Position numbers and translations under genes: made by a program. The notes below the pieces were generated by a model. It was not told the origin of the DNA and searched no databases. It worked only from the letters and a program-made list of their open reading frames with translations. A stretch of 64,000 nt of DNA from an uncultured Actinomycetes bacterium (lineage in GTDB: Bacteria; Actinomycetota; Actinomycetes; Streptosporangiales; Streptosporangiaceae): assembly GCA_963833835.1 (NCBI GenBank), contig CAWHZI010000004.1, forward strand, positions 273,040-337,039, in the 5' to 3' direction. Shown here in pieces: positions 28,326-38,466 of this stretch; position 1 is the stretch's first letter, and each line of letters begins with the position of its first letter.

Positions 28326-28346
28326 TTGGTGTGACCCGTGCCTTGG

Positions 28347-28793
28347 TCAGTCCGCGACGACCTCGAGGTCGATGGTGGCGGTGACTTCGGGGTGCAGACG
28401 CACCCGGACCTGGTGGGTCCCGGCGGTCTTGATCGGGTCGGGAACCTCGATGCGACGGCGGTCGAGCTCGGGGCCGCCGGCCGCGCGGACCGCATCGGCG
28501 ATGTCCGACGGGCCGACCGACCCGAACAGGCGGCCGTTGGTGCCCGCACGCCGGGGCAGGCGCACCCGGAGGCTCGCCAGCTCGCCGGCGGCCACCTTGG
28601 CGTCGTCCAGGCTGCGGATCTCCCGGACCGAACGGGCCCGGCGGATCAGGTCGACCTGCTTCTCCGCGCCCCGGGTCCACTGCATCGCGAAGCCGCGGGG
28701 GATGAGGTAGTTGCGCCCGTAACCCGAGGCCACGTCTACGACGTCGCCGGGGGCTCCGAGGCCGCCGACCTCCTGGGTGAGGATGAGCTTCAT
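28347..28793 (-). CDS. rplI: 50S ribosomal protein L9
   Basis: MKLILTQEVGGLGAPGDVVDVASGYGRNYLIPRG. ORF trimmed to ATG 28793. Confidence 0.95.
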   Translation of the reverse strand: MKLILTQEVGGLGAPGDVVDVASGYGRNYLIPRGFAMQWTRGAEKQVDLIRRARSVREIRSLDDAKVAAGELASLRVRLPRRAGTNGRLFGSVGPSDIADAVRAAGGPELDRRRIEVPDPIKTAGTHQVRVRLHPEVTATIDLEVVAD

Positions 28794-28828
28794 CGGTGTC
28801 CTGCTCATATCAATTCCTCCCCGCGGTC

Positions 28829-29065
28829 TCAGCGAGCCGTGCTCGTGTAGGGCAGCAGCGCCATCTCGCGGGCGTTCTTGATCGCCGTGGCGACGTCCCG
28901 CTGGTGCTGCGTGCAGTTACCGGTGACCCGCCGTGCGCGGATCTTGCCGCGGTCGGAAATGAACTTCCGCAGCAGACCGGTGTCCTTGTAATCCACGTAG
29001 GAGATCTTCTCCTGGCAGAAGACGCAGACCTTCTTCTTTGGCTTTCGAATGGGTGGCTTGGCCAT
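28829..29065 (-). CDS. rpsR: 30S ribosomal protein S18
   Basis: [47 protein letters not shown] trimmed to ATG 29065. Confidence 0.95.
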   Translation of the reverse strand: MAKPPIRKPKKKVCVFCQEKISYVDYKDTGLLRKFISDRGKIRARRVTGNCTQHQRDVATAIKNAREMALLPYTSTAR

Positions 29066-29151
29066 CGTGGTGCTCCAGTTCAGAGCCCCGCCCCAGGCGG
29101 GGATGGTCGGTATGGGTAATGGTGTTGAACGTCCGGCCCCAGCGCGAACGG

Positions 29152-29709
29152 CTAGAACGGCGGCTCGTCGGAGAATCCGCCGGAATCCGAGCTGGCCCAA
29201 GGGTCAGCCTCGGCCCGGCCCCCGCCGCTGGAACCACCGGCTCCGTTGCCGCCACCGCTGTTGCCGCCACCGCTGTTGCCGCCGCCGCTGTAGCTCTGGC
29301 CGCTCTGGCCGCCCTGGCCGCCGCCGAATCCGCCTCCGGACCGGCTGACCTTGGCTACCTTCGCTGAGGCGTTACGGAGCGACGGGCCCACATCGTCGAC
29401 TTCGACTTCGTAGACGGTGCGCTTCTCGCCTTCTTTGGTCTCATACGAGCGCTGCCGCAACCGGCCGGAGACGATGACCCGCATGCCGCGCTGCAGGCTT
29501 TCGGCCACGTTCTCGGCCGCCTGCCGCCAGACGTTGCAGCTCAGGAAGAGGCTGTCGCCGTCCTTCCACTCGCCGGAGGCGTTGTCACGGAAACGCGGCG
29601 TCGAGGCCACGCGGAAGCGCGCGACCGGTTGCCCGGACGGCGTGAAACGAAGTTCGGGGTCGTCAACGAGGTTGCCCGAGATCGTGATCTGGGTGTCGCC
29701 TGCTGCCAT
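29152..29709 (-). CDS. ssb: Single-stranded DNA-binding protein
   Basis: OB-fold N-terminus ([19 protein letters not shown]), Gly-rich linker, acidic tail DEPPF. Confidence 0.95.
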   Translation of the reverse strand: MAAGDTQITISGNLVDDPELRFTPSGQPVARFRVASTPRFRDNASGEWKDGDSLFLSCNVWRQAAENVAESLQRGMRVIVSGRLRQRSYETKEGEKRTVYEVEVDDVGPSLRNASAKVAKVSRSGGGFGGGQGGQSGQSYSGGGNSGGGNSGGGNGAGGSSGGGRAEADPWASSDSGGFSDEPPF

Positions 29710-29760
29710 CGGGCTCTCCCGGTTCTAACGTTTTCGTGCTGATTAGGTGGCTGTGCCCCG

Positions 29761-30051
29761 TCAGTGAATCTGCGGCCGCACGACCTTGGTGCGGAGCACG
29801 GCTTCGTTGAGGTTGAGCTGACGGTCCAGCTCCCGGACCGTGTCGGGCTCGGCGGCCAGGTCGACCACCGCGTAGATCCCCTCGGCCCGCTTGTCGATGT
29901 CGTAGGCGAGGCGGCGCCTCCCCCAGATGTCCAGCTTCTCTACGCGGCCCCCACCAGTGGGGACGACCTGGAGAAACTGCTCAAGGGACGGCTGTACGGC
30001 TCGCTCCTCGATGGTTGGGTCGAGGATGATCATCATCTCGTAGTTACGCAT
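29761..30051 (-). CDS. rpsF: 30S ribosomal protein S6
   Basis: [27 protein letters not shown]. Confidence 0.95.
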   Translation of the reverse strand: MRNYEMMIILDPTIEERAVQPSLEQFLQVVPTGGGRVEKLDIWGRRRLAYDIDKRAEGIYAVVDLAAEPDTVRELDRQLNLNEAVLRTKVVRPQIH

Positions 30052-30125
30052 GCGCGATCCTTGCCTCCTCTGGACTGCGCGGTCACGGTCTCTCCGTGAC
30101 AGGAGGAGCTGGAGAACGGCGGCTC
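30052..30125 (-). promoter_or_regulatory. Structured rpsF 5' leader (possible S6:S18 autoregulatory element)
   Basis: Leader RNA ..GCUCCUCCUGUCACGGAGAGACCGUGACCGCGCAGUCCAGAGGAGGCAAGGAUCGCGC-AUG. It has a 7-bp hairpin GUCACGG/CCGUGAC flanked by CCUCCU pairing with the SD AGGAGG. Confidence 0.35.
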
Positions 30126-30398
30126 CGGTGGCCTTCCGTTAATCTCACAGCGCGGCCAGCATACCGTGGGCCACCGACAATCCGGGCCGCATCGCGGCCG
30201 TACCAGGTCAGCAACCGGTCATAACCACTGCGGCGGCGCATCTCATCCGCAACCGCCGCACCTTTCTGGGCCGCGAACCACCGCGCTCAGCGCCGCGAAC
30301 CCGCGGCACTGGCCGCCGCCGCGTCCGCTGTGATCGTCCAGCCCGGGGGGTAGGGGTGATTCCGTGACCTGAGCGGGGAACAATCGGGATCAGCAGTT

Positions 30399-30785
30399 GT
30401 GCGGGGCAGTCCCGAATTGGAGGTAGCGGACGTGGCGGAGACCAGAACGCCCGGTGCGGAGCAGACCGAGGATCAAACCGGGGAGCAGCACCTGGCGCTC
30501 TTTCCGCCCGGCGGGGTCGGCACCAAGGCCGTGACCTCGGCCGCGATTGTGACGATCGTGCTCGGCCTGGTTTCGTTCGTGCTCGGCATGATCGTGCGCA
30601 ACGTGCATGGGACCCCGTCGGCTCTGCACTTCATCGCCACGGTCACCGGCGGGCTCTCGATCGTCATCGGGCTGTTCTTCCAGATGATCTCGGGCACCCG
30701 GAACGAGCGCATCGTCATCGTCACCGGGATGATCGCCGGGTTCGTCGGCGCCGCCCTCGGCCTGGCCGCGGGCGGGATCGGCTGA
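30399..30785 (+). CDS. Small integral membrane protein (3 predicted TM helices)
   Basis: Hydrophobic segments AAIVTIVLGLVSFVLGMIV, ATVTGGLSIVIGLFFQMI and IVTGMIAGFVGAALGLAAGGI. Start uncertain. Confidence 0.55.
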   Translation: MRGSPELEVADVAETRTPGAEQTEDQTGEQHLALFPPGGVGTKAVTSAAIVTIVLGLVSFVLGMIVRNVHGTPSALHFIATVTGGLSIVIGLFFQMISGTRNERIVIVTGMIAGFVGAALGLAAGGIG

Positions 30786-30814
30786 CTGACAGTACCGGCA
30801 GCTAGGCTCGGGGC

Positions 30815-31621
30815 ATGGTGCGTATTGGGGTGCACATCGACGAGCCCGACCCGCTCGGGCAGGCCACCGCGCGCGGCGCCGACGCGGTGCAGTTCTTTCT
30901 GGGGGACCCGCAGGGGTGGAAGGGGCCGGTGATCCCCGGCGACCCGGCCGAGCTCAAGGCGTCGTTCGCCGCGGCCGGGGTGGAGGCCTATATCCACGCG
31001 CCGTACGTCGTCAACGTGGCCACCACCAACAACCGGATCCGGATTCCGAGCCGGAAGATCCTGACCCAGCAACTGGAGGCGGCGGCGTCGATCGGGGCCA
31101 AGGGACTGATCGTGCACGGCGGCCACGTGACCGGCGACGTGGACCCGGCCGAGGGCTACGCCAACTGGCAGAAGGTAATGGAGCGGGTCGAGCGGCCCAT
31201 CCCGCTGCTGATCGAGAACACCGCGGGCGGGACCCACGCGATGGCCCGGACGCTGGACGCCATCGGCCGCCTGTGGGATGCGGTGACAGCCGGGATCTCC
31301 GGCCGCGAGGGCGATGGGCAGGTCGGGTTCTGCCTGGACACCTGCCACGCCAACTCGGCCGGCCTCGACCTGGCCGACGTGGTGGACAAGATCAAGGCCA
31401 TCACCGGCCGGATCGACCTGGTGCACTGCAACAACTCGCGGGACCCGTTCGGCTCCAGCCGGGACCGGCACGCGAACCTGACCGCCGGCACCATTGACCC
31501 GGAATTGATTCTCGGGGTGGTGCGGGCGGCCGGGGCACCGGCCGTGTGCGAGACGCCGGACACCGACGGCAGCCTGGCCGGGGACGTGCGCTGGCTCAGA
31601 GAGCACCTGGCCGCGGGCTGA
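30815..31621 (+). CDS. nfo: Deoxyribonuclease IV (endonuclease IV)
   Basis: Metal-ligand motifs in order: HAPYVVN, VHGGH, CLDTCHA, HCNNSRD..SSRDRHANL. Confidence 0.85.
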   Translation: MVRIGVHIDEPDPLGQATARGADAVQFFLGDPQGWKGPVIPGDPAELKASFAAAGVEAYIHAPYVVNVATTNNRIRIPSRKILTQQLEAAASIGAKGLIVHGGHVTGDVDPAEGYANWQKVMERVERPIPLLIENTAGGTHAMARTLDAIGRLWDAVTAGISGREGDGQVGFCLDTCHANSAGLDLADVVDKIKAITGRIDLVHCNNSRDPFGSSRDRHANLTAGTIDPELILGVVRAAGAPAVCETPDTDGSLAGDVRWLREHLAAG

Positions 31622-32987
31622 CCGTGGCCGCCGCGGCCGGGGCAGCGGGTCGCCGCACTCGCAGCACGAACCGGTCCGGTGCGCCCGCCAGCACGCCGCC
31701 CGCCGGGTCGTCCTCGCCGCCCCGGCGGACCACATCAAGGTCCGGTCGCAGGATGTCGCCGACCACGTAGCCGCACAGCAGCGCGACGGTCAGGAACCGC
31801 GCCAGCAGCGCCGCGAAGTACCAGCCGGTACTGATGCCGTTGTAGCCGGGGATGATCGCGCCATTGCGCGAGATGAAGATCAGATAACCCCAGATCCCGA
31901 AAAAGTAGCCCACCTCGGCCAGTTGCCACAGCACGTAGGGCCAGAGCCGGGGCCGGGCCAGGACCGCGAACGGCACCAGCCAGATCACGTACTGCGGGGA
32001 CCAGACCTTGTTGGTCATCAGGAACACGGCCAGGACCAGGAAGCAGAGCTGGGGTAGCCGGGGACGGCGCGGCGCAGCCAGTGCCAGCCAGGCGATGGCC
32101 AGGCAGCCAAGCGCGAGCGCGGCCGCCGACAGCAGGTTGAGGCTGCCGATGCCGGACCGGCCGAGCAGCGGGACGCCGAAGTGCTCGAACAGGTACCAGA
32201 TCGAGCCCCAGTCGGCCGGGCGGGTCCGGCTGAACTGGTAGAACGTGGCCCAGCCAGCCGGCGCGACGATGATGACCGGGACGTTGACCACCAGCCAGGC
32301 CACGGCGGCGGAGCCGGAGGTCACCCAGAAGGCCCGCATCCGGCCCGCCCGCAGGCACAACAGCAGCAACGGGCCGAAGAACACCAGCGGATAGAACTTG
32401 GTCGCGACGGCCAGGCCGGCCAGCACACCGGCGATCACGTTCCGGCGGCCCGCCCAGGCCGCGACGGCCAGCGCGGCCAGGGCCATGGCGACCAGGTCCC
32501 AGTTGACGAAGGCCGACAGGATCAGCGCCGGCGACAGGGCCACCAGCAGGGCGGCCCAGCGCCGGGCGGGGCCGGCCGCGTACGCGGTGGCGACCACCCC
32601 GGCCACCGCGCAGATGACCAGCAGGACCACCGTGACGTCAAAGAACTCGCGGCCGCGGGTGTACGGGTCGGCGATTGGGTGGACCAGCCACGCGACCGCC
32701 TGCATGGCCCCGCCGATCAGCACCGGGTACTCGACGTGGTGCCCGGTGTAGGGGACCTTGCCCGCGCTGAGCTGCTCGTTGAAGTAGAGCGGGTAGATGT
32801 CGGTGTAGCAGGCGTCCTGGAACTGCTTGGCGTAGCTGTTCCAGGCCCCGGCCCGGCACGGCACCTTTTCCAGGAACGCGAGCAGGGCGCCGAACAGGGC
32901 CGCTCCCACCAGGACACTGGTACTCCCGGCGAGCAGGGCCACGGTCCGGGCAGGCCGCCCCACGGTGCCGGCGGAAGCGTCCGGCAT
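31596..32987 (-). CDS. Polytopic membrane glycosyltransferase (GT87/DUF2029-like)
   Basis: Multi-TM. Position equivalent to the membrane protein next to ponA1 in mycobacteria. ATG 32987 chosen (2 nt after the PBP stop); the ORF extends to 33023. Confidence 0.6.
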   Translation of the reverse strand: MPDASAGTVGRPARTVALLAGSTSVLVGAALFGALLAFLEKVPCRAGAWNSYAKQFQDACYTDIYPLYFNEQLSAGKVPYTGHHVEYPVLIGGAMQAVAWLVHPIADPYTRGREFFDVTVVLLVICAVAGVVATAYAAGPARRWAALLVALSPALILSAFVNWDLVAMALAALAVAAWAGRRNVIAGVLAGLAVATKFYPLVFFGPLLLLCLRAGRMRAFWVTSGSAAVAWLVVNVPVIIVAPAGWATFYQFSRTRPADWGSIWYLFEHFGVPLLGRSGIGSLNLLSAAALALGCLAIAWLALAAPRRPRLPQLCFLVLAVFLMTNKVWSPQYVIWLVPFAVLARPRLWPYVLWQLAEVGYFFGIWGYLIFISRNGAIIPGYNGISTGWYFAALLARFLTVALLCGYVVGDILRPDLDVVRRGGEDDPAGGVLAGAPDRFVLRVRRPAAPAAAATVSPRPGAL

Positions 32988-32989
32988 GC

Positions 32990-35839
32990 TCAGCGACGCT
33001 TCCGTCTCCGCCGCCGCAGCCACCGCACTGGTCCTAGAGGCAGCAGTACGGCGGCGCCGGCCAGAGCCGCCCCGTTATTGGGGGGCTGGCCGTTGTTGGC
33101 ACCCCCGCCGCCATCGCCTGAGCCGCCGCCATTGTTGCCCGTGGACGGCTGGGGATTCGCCGACGGCTGGGTGCTGGGCTGAAAGCCCGGCTGCGAAGGC
33201 GGGGCCGGAGCACTCGGCTGGGCCGCGGGCTGGGTGGCGCTGGGGGCCGGCGTGGGCGTCGCGGCGGGCAGTCCCTCCGCACCGAACATGTTCCACGTCT
33301 GGCCGGTGAACACCGGGGTCTGGAACTGCTGGACCGGCGTCGACGCCCACTCGTTCTCGGCGAACGTGTTCCAGATGCGGGCGGGCCAGTAGCCACCGAA
33401 ACCGCCCCCGACGTTGCCGCCCAGGTTGTTCAGCGACTCCTTCGTCTTGTCGCTCTGGTTCTCGGTGAAGATCCCGACCGTCAGCGCGTACTGCGGGATA
33501 GCGCCGATGAAGAACGCCGACTGCGCGTTGTCGGTGGTACCGGTCTTGGCGATGATCGGCCGGCCGTCGCTCATGGCCGCGGCGGTACCGGTGCCGTCCA
33601 CGGTGTCGAACGACATCGCGTACTGGACCTGGGAGGCCTGGGCCGGGGTCAGCACCTGGGTGGATTTCACCTGGGCCTGCGTGGTCACGGTGCCCTGGGT
33701 GAGCTGCTGGATGACATGCGCGGCGTGGTAGGTGCCGTTGTCATCCAGCGTGGCCAGCATGGTGTTCTGCTCGTTGACCGACAACGAGTCGATGCCCAGG
33801 GCCATGCCGACCTCGCCGACGGTGCCCTGCAGCCCGGAGCCGCCGTCGCCGAGGGGTTCGGCATTCACCCCGAATTGCTTGGCCAGGTTGACCACGTTCT
33901 GGGTACCGACCCGGTGGATAAGGTCGGTGAACGCGGTGTTGGACGACTGCGCCTCGGCCTGGGCCACGCTCATCGGGCCGAAGCTCTCGTTATCGTCGTT
34001 CGTTTCCTTGGCCGATTCCGGGGCGGCCTGGTCCTGCGATCGGGCCGCGGGCGTGTTCGGTTCGGTGGCCGGCGGGATCCACAGCGGGCTGTACCCGTCC
34101 AGCTTGGTGGTGCCGACGTTCATGCCCTGCTGCACCGCGGTGGCCAGCACGTAAGGCTTGAACGAGGAACCCACCTGCTCCCGGCTCAGCACGGTGTCGT
34201 TCTCGCAGAGTTTGTGACACTCCTTGGCGGACGCGTTGGCGCCGACGCCACCGTAGAAGGCGATGATCGCCCCGGTCTGCGGGTTCTGCTCCTCCGCCCC
34301 GACCAGGGCGTAGGACGGCAGCGCGCCACCGTCCTCGGCCATCTGCTTCTCGTTGGTGTTCACCGCGGCGTACAGCCGGTCCATCATGTGCTTGCTGACG
34401 GTGGTGGTGATGCGAAGGCCGTCGTTGTCGATCTGGGCCGGGGTGTAGTGGTAGGTGGCTTCCAGCTCGTTCTTGACCATGTTCAGCAGGTACTGGTCGT
34501 ACGGGGACGAGCCGGTGTGCTGGTCCTGGGCGCTGAGTACGGTGGGGAACTTCTCCGCGGCCGCCTGCTGAGCGGTCAGGTCGCCCATGCCGACCAGCCC
34601 GTTCAGCACGTAGTGCCAGCGGGCCTCCAGAGCTGCCTTACCGGCCGTGGTCGGGTAGTAGCTGGGGCTCTGGATGATGGCCGCGATCATCGCGGCCTGG
34701 GGCACGGTGAGTTTCGAGGCGGGCTCGCCGAAGTAGGTCTGCGCCGCGGCCCCGACCCCGTAGGCCCCGTTGCCCAGGTAGATGGTGTTCAGGTAGTTGG
34801 TCAGGATCCAGGCCTTGGACTTCTCCTTGGCCACCTTCAGCGACACGAAGATCTCCTTGATCTTCCGGGTCGCGGTCTGCTGGGTCCCGATGTTGGCGTA
34901 GTAGTTGCGGACGAACTGCTGGGTGATGGTCGACCCACCCTGCAGCGAGCCGCCGCTGCCGCCGCTGTTGAACACGTCCTCATACGCGGCGCGGACGATC
35001 CCCTTGGGGGAGACCCCGCCCTCGTTGTAGAAGCCCCGGTCCTCGGCCGCCACCACCGCGTCCCGCATGTAGGGCGAGATCTGGTTGTAGGTCAGCACTT
35101 CACGGTCGGTGGTACCGAACGTGCCGGCCACGGTTTTGCTGTCGCTGAAGTAGACGGTGGACTGCTGCTGGGTCGCGGCCTGGGCGGCGTCCGATGGGAC
35201 CGCCGTGGTCGCGTAGGCGTAACTGACCCCGGCCACGATGAGCAGCACGAAGGCGCCGACGCCGGCTGCGGCCAGACCGGCAACCTTGCGCCAGGTCCAG
35301 TGCCGCCACCAGCTGCCTTTGACCTTGCCCCGGCCGGGGCCGTTCGCGACGCGGCTATCACCACGGCCGCCCCGGCCACCGTTGCCTCCGCCTGGGCCGC
35401 GGCCGCCGCCACCGGGGCCACGCCCGCCGGGACCGCGCCCGCCCGGGCCGCGGCCACCCGGGCCCCCTGACCGCGTCCCGTTACCGTCGCTGTACTGGTC
35501 CGCCCGGCCTGCCTGCCGGTTTGGGTCCCGCCGGGGCGCACCGGTCAGCGGGTCGTACCGCTCGCCGCTGCGCGGGCCGTGCTGGTCAGCCGTACGCGGA
35601 TCAGCGGTATGCGGAACAAAGGTCGGCTGCGGCCGGGCGCCGGTCGGCGCGGACGACGGGTAGCCGTCATCGCGGCGGCGCTGGCCGGAATACGGATCGG
35701 CACCACCACTGGAACTGACCTGGGCGTACTCGCCGGTCCCGGAGCGTCGGCTGGGCGCCGAACGACCCGACCAATCCGGGCTTCGGCCCCAGCCGTCTGG
35801 CTGCGACTCATAGGACCCGCTCACGTCTCTGCTGCTCAC
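32990..35839 (-). CDS. ponA: Class A penicillin-binding protein (transglycosylase/transpeptidase)
   Basis: GTG start. GT51 motifs AAEDRGFY and GGSTITQQ. TP motifs SSFKP and KTGTT. Disordered Gly/Arg/Pro N-terminus and Pro-rich C-terminus. Confidence 0.9.
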   Translation of the reverse strand: MSSRDVSGSYESQPDGWGRSPDWSGRSAPSRRSGTGEYAQVSSSGGADPYSGQRRRDDGYPSSAPTGARPQPTFVPHTADPRTADQHGPRSGERYDPLTGAPRRDPNRQAGRADQYSDGNGTRSGGPGGRGPGGRGPGGRGPGGGGRGPGGGNGGRGGRGDSRVANGPGRGKVKGSWWRHWTWRKVAGLAAAGVGAFVLLIVAGVSYAYATTAVPSDAAQAATQQQSTVYFSDSKTVAGTFGTTDREVLTYNQISPYMRDAVVAAEDRGFYNEGGVSPKGIVRAAYEDVFNSGGSGGSLQGGSTITQQFVRNYYANIGTQQTATRKIKEIFVSLKVAKEKSKAWILTNYLNTIYLGNGAYGVGAAAQTYFGEPASKLTVPQAAMIAAIIQSPSYYPTTAGKAALEARWHYVLNGLVGMGDLTAQQAAAEKFPTVLSAQDQHTGSSPYDQYLLNMVKNELEATYHYTPAQIDNDGLRITTTVSKHMMDRLYAAVNTNEKQMAEDGGALPSYALVGAEEQNPQTGAIIAFYGGVGANASAKECHKLCENDTVLSREQVGSSFKPYVLATAVQQGMNVGTTKLDGYSPLWIPPATEPNTPAARSQDQAAPESAKETNDDNESFGPMSVAQAEAQSSNTAFTDLIHRVGTQNVVNLAKQFGVNAEPLGDGGSGLQGTVGEVGMALGIDSLSVNEQNTMLATLDDNGTYHAAHVIQQLTQGTVTTQAQVKSTQVLTPAQASQVQYAMSFDTVDGTGTAAAMSDGRPIIAKTGTTDNAQSAFFIGAIPQYALTVGIFTENQSDKTKESLNNLGGNVGGGFGGYWPARIWNTFAENEWASTPVQQFQTPVFTGQTWNMFGAEGLPAATPTPAPSATQPAAQPSAPAPPSQPGFQPSTQPSANPQPSTGNNGGGSGDGGGGANNGQPPNNGAALAGAAVLLPLGPVRWLRRRRRKRR

Positions 35840-36094
35840 ACATCCTCGCTGTCGCTGAGCGGAAGGCGGCTAGGCAGCACCGCCGAAAGCTAAACGGTAC
35901 CCACGGGAATCTGCCGCCGCTGGCACCTCACTCGATCGCACCGTTGCGATGCACCGTGCCCGCTGGCATATTTCCTGTGACTTTCCGGATCTCGTGTTAC
36001 TGCTGTGGTCTGCAGGCGCTGCGTTGGCTGCGGCTCACACTAGCTTTCTCCGGGGCCAGCCCCCCGCGTTCACCAGCTGACGGATCGATTACGT

Positions 36095-36523
36095 TCACTG
36101 ACCCGTTCGTGCGCGCCGGCCGCGCCGGGCTCGTGGCTCGCCCGTGCCAAGAACGTAGGACGTGGCCAGATGGTTCCAGCCGCAATTTTGGCAGACTTCG
36201 ACCACATAAACCCTGAATTCGCCGTATTCGGCGGCCATCTCATCCAGCTCCGGGGCCCGCTTCACCCGGCCCTCGTACTGCCCGAGCTCGTCCCCGTAGA
36301 CGTAGGTGACGTGGGTCAGCTTGGTCTTGCGGCAGATGGGGCACGGGGCCTCGGTCGGCTCGCCGTGGAATTTGGCCGCCCGCAGCAGGTACGGATGCGC
36401 GTCACAGACGTCGGTCACCGTGGTGCGACCGGCGTATACGGACGTGAGCGTGGCCCGGCGGGCAAGCCCGTAGTCCACGACGGAACGCCTCGTTCCCATG
36501 ACCGACAGGGTACGTCGGATCAT
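36095..36523 (-). CDS. DUF5318-like small zinc-ribbon protein
   Basis: CPICRKTKL..CQNCGW Cys pairs. Conserved position between the PBP and PadR/ino1. Confidence 0.6.
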   Translation of the reverse strand: MIRRTLSVMGTRRSVVDYGLARRATLTSVYAGRTTVTDVCDAHPYLLRAAKFHGEPTEAPCPICRKTKLTHVTYVYGDELGQYEGRVKRAPELDEMAAEYGEFRVYVVEVCQNCGWNHLATSYVLGTGEPRARRGRRARTGQ

Positions 36524-36585
36524 CGGGCGACGCCGAGCCCGGTTTCCCCCACTTGCCTAACTGTGGGCCAGTCTGTATCGTCCTG

Positions 36586-36604
36586 ATGTATCGGCTCGAT
36601 ACAT
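36586..36604. promoter_or_regulatory. Perfect inverted repeat ATGTATCG-GCT-CGATACAT upstream of PadR-ino1
   Basis: 8-3-8 palindrome in a lower-GC leader. An extra TGTATCG half-site at 36574-36580. Candidate PadR operator. Confidence 0.45.
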
Positions 36605-36690
36605 CGCATCGAGACATCGGGCGGATATATCTAAAAGCTACACCGGTAACGAAGTCCGCGGGGGCTGACCGGCTGGCCGGGGGTGAGTAC

Positions 36691-37290
36691 GTGACAGGTA
36701 AGCGGTCCGGCGTTCTGGAGCTCGCCGTGCTCGGGATTCTGGACGGGTCGCCCATGCACGGGTATGAGCTGCGCAAACGGCTCAGCTCGGTGCTGGGAGC
36801 GTTCCATGCCTTCTCGTACGGGTCGTTGTACCCGGCCTTGAAGGACCTGCTGACCCGGGGCCTCATCGCCGAGGAGCAGCCGGAGCCGGACCCGACGCAT
36901 CCGGCCCGGGCCAACCGGCGCTCCCGGATCGTCTACCGGCTCACCGCGGAAGGTAAGGACCGGCTGCACGAACTGCTCAGCGAGGCCGGCCCGGCCGCCT
37001 GGGACGACGACGGATTCGGCGTGCACTTCGCCTTCTTCGGGCAGACCCGCGCCGACGTCCGCCTTCGCATCCTGGAGGGCCGCCGCAGCCGGCTTGAGGA
37101 ACGGATGGAAAGCGTCCGGGCGGCCTTCGCCCGCACGCGGGAGCGAGTGGACAGCTACACCCTCGAACTGCAACGGCACGGACTCGAGTCGGTTGAGCGG
37201 GAAGTCCGCTGGCTCAACGAGCTGATCGCCACAGAGCGGCAGCAGGAGCAACTACAACGCATGAGCAAGGACGAAAAGGAGTCACCCTGA
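36691..37290 (+). CDS. PadR-family transcriptional regulator
   Basis: ORF 36553..37290. GTG 36691 gives [35 protein letters not shown]. Its stop overlaps the ino1 ATG by 1 nt. Confidence 0.85.
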   Translation: MTGKRSGVLELAVLGILDGSPMHGYELRKRLSSVLGAFHAFSYGSLYPALKDLLTRGLIAEEQPEPDPTHPARANRRSRIVYRLTAEGKDRLHELLSEAGPAAWDDDGFGVHFAFFGQTRADVRLRILEGRRSRLEERMESVRAAFARTRERVDSYTLELQRHGLESVEREVRWLNELIATERQQEQLQRMSKDEKESP

Positions 37291-38369
37291 TGGGTTCGGT
37301 ACGTGTGGCCATCGTAGGCGTGGGCAACTGCGCTAGTTCCCTCGTCCAGGGCCTGGAGTACTACAAGGACGCCGACGACAGCAGCCGGGTGCCTGGACTC
37401 ATGCACGTCAGGTTCGGCCCGTACCACGTGCGGGATGTCGAGGTGGTCGCCGCGTTCGACGTGGACGCCAAGAAGGTCGGCGTTGACGTGGCCGACGCGA
37501 TCAACTCCAGCGAGAACAACACCATCAAGATCGCGGACGTGCCGCCCACCGGCGTGACCGTCCAGCGCGGCCCGACCTTCGACGGCCTGGGCGAGTACTA
37601 CCGCGAAATCATCACCGAGTCCGACCAGCCGGCCGTGGACGTGGTGGCCGCGCTGCGCGAGGCCCGCGCCGACGTGATGGTCAGCTACCTGCCGGTGGGC
37701 TCGGAGGAAGCGGACCGCTTCTACGCTCAGTGCGCGATCGACGCGCGCGTCGCGTTCGTCAACGCGCTGCCGGTGTTCATCGCGTCCAAGCCGGAGTGGG
37801 CGGCCAAGTTCACCGAGGCCGGCGTGCCGATCGTCGGCGACGACATCAAGTCGCAGGTCGGCGCGACCATCACGCACCGGGTGCTGGCCAAGCTGTTCGA
37901 GGACCGCGGCGTCGAGCTGCTGCGCACCTACCAGCTCAACGTGGGCGGCAACATGGACTTCAAGAACATGCTCGAGCGCACCCGGCTCCAGTCCAAGAAG
38001 ATCTCCAAGACCCAGGCCGTCACCTCCCAGATCCCGCACGAGATGGCCGGCGCGGACGTGCACATCGGGCCGTCCGACCACGTGCCCTGGCTGGATGACC
38101 GCAAGCTGGCGTTCGTCCGGCTCGAGGGCCGGGCCTTCGGCGACGTGCCGCTCAGCCTGGAATACAAGCTGGAGGTCTGGGACTCGCCCAACTCGGCCGG
38201 CGTGATCATCGACGCCCTCCGGGCCGCGAAGATCGCCCAGGACCGCGGCATCGGCGGCCCGATCACCTCGGCGTCCTCGTACTTCATGAAGTCGCCGCCG
38301 GAGCAGTTCGGCGACGACGTCTGCCGCGACCTGGTGGAGAAGTTCATCCGCGGCGAGGTCGAGCGCTGA
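37290..38369 (+). CDS. ino1: Inositol-3-phosphate synthase
   Basis: [28 protein letters not shown].., 359 aa. Conserved synteny with PadR. Confidence 0.9.
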   Translation: MGSVRVAIVGVGNCASSLVQGLEYYKDADDSSRVPGLMHVRFGPYHVRDVEVVAAFDVDAKKVGVDVADAINSSENNTIKIADVPPTGVTVQRGPTFDGLGEYYREIITESDQPAVDVVAALREARADVMVSYLPVGSEEADRFYAQCAIDARVAFVNALPVFIASKPEWAAKFTEAGVPIVGDDIKSQVGATITHRVLAKLFEDRGVELLRTYQLNVGGNMDFKNMLERTRLQSKKISKTQAVTSQIPHEMAGADVHIGPSDHVPWLDDRKLAFVRLEGRAFGDVPLSLEYKLEVWDSPNSAGVIIDALRAAKIAQDRGIGGPITSASSYFMKSPPEQFGDDVCRDLVEKFIRGEVER

Positions 38370-38384
38370 GTACGCCGTAGCGAG

Positions 38385-38421
38385 CGGCCGCCGGAGGTGT
38401 GATCCCTCCGGCGGCCGTTTT
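38385..38421 (+). terminator. Intrinsic terminator after ino1
   Basis: 13-bp perfect stem CGGCCGCCGGAGG/CCTCCGGCGGCCG followed by TTTT. Confidence 0.75.
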
Positions 38422-38466
38422 CGTGCGCCCAGGTTTCGTGCGCACAGGGCACCGTAGGCTGGGCAG

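Noticed and set aside
27173-28549. 458-aa minus-strand ORF covering the rplI-dnaB spacer. The same issue applies to other long shadow ORFs such as 626..2782(-), 9046..10728(-), 13946..15763(-), 18591..20360(-) and 43824..46043(-).
   Set aside because: The translations are Arg/Pro/Gly/Ser-rich with no motifs. They lie antisense or out of frame to genes with clear family signatures, or overlap rplI. This is typical of stop-poor off-frames in high-GC DNA.
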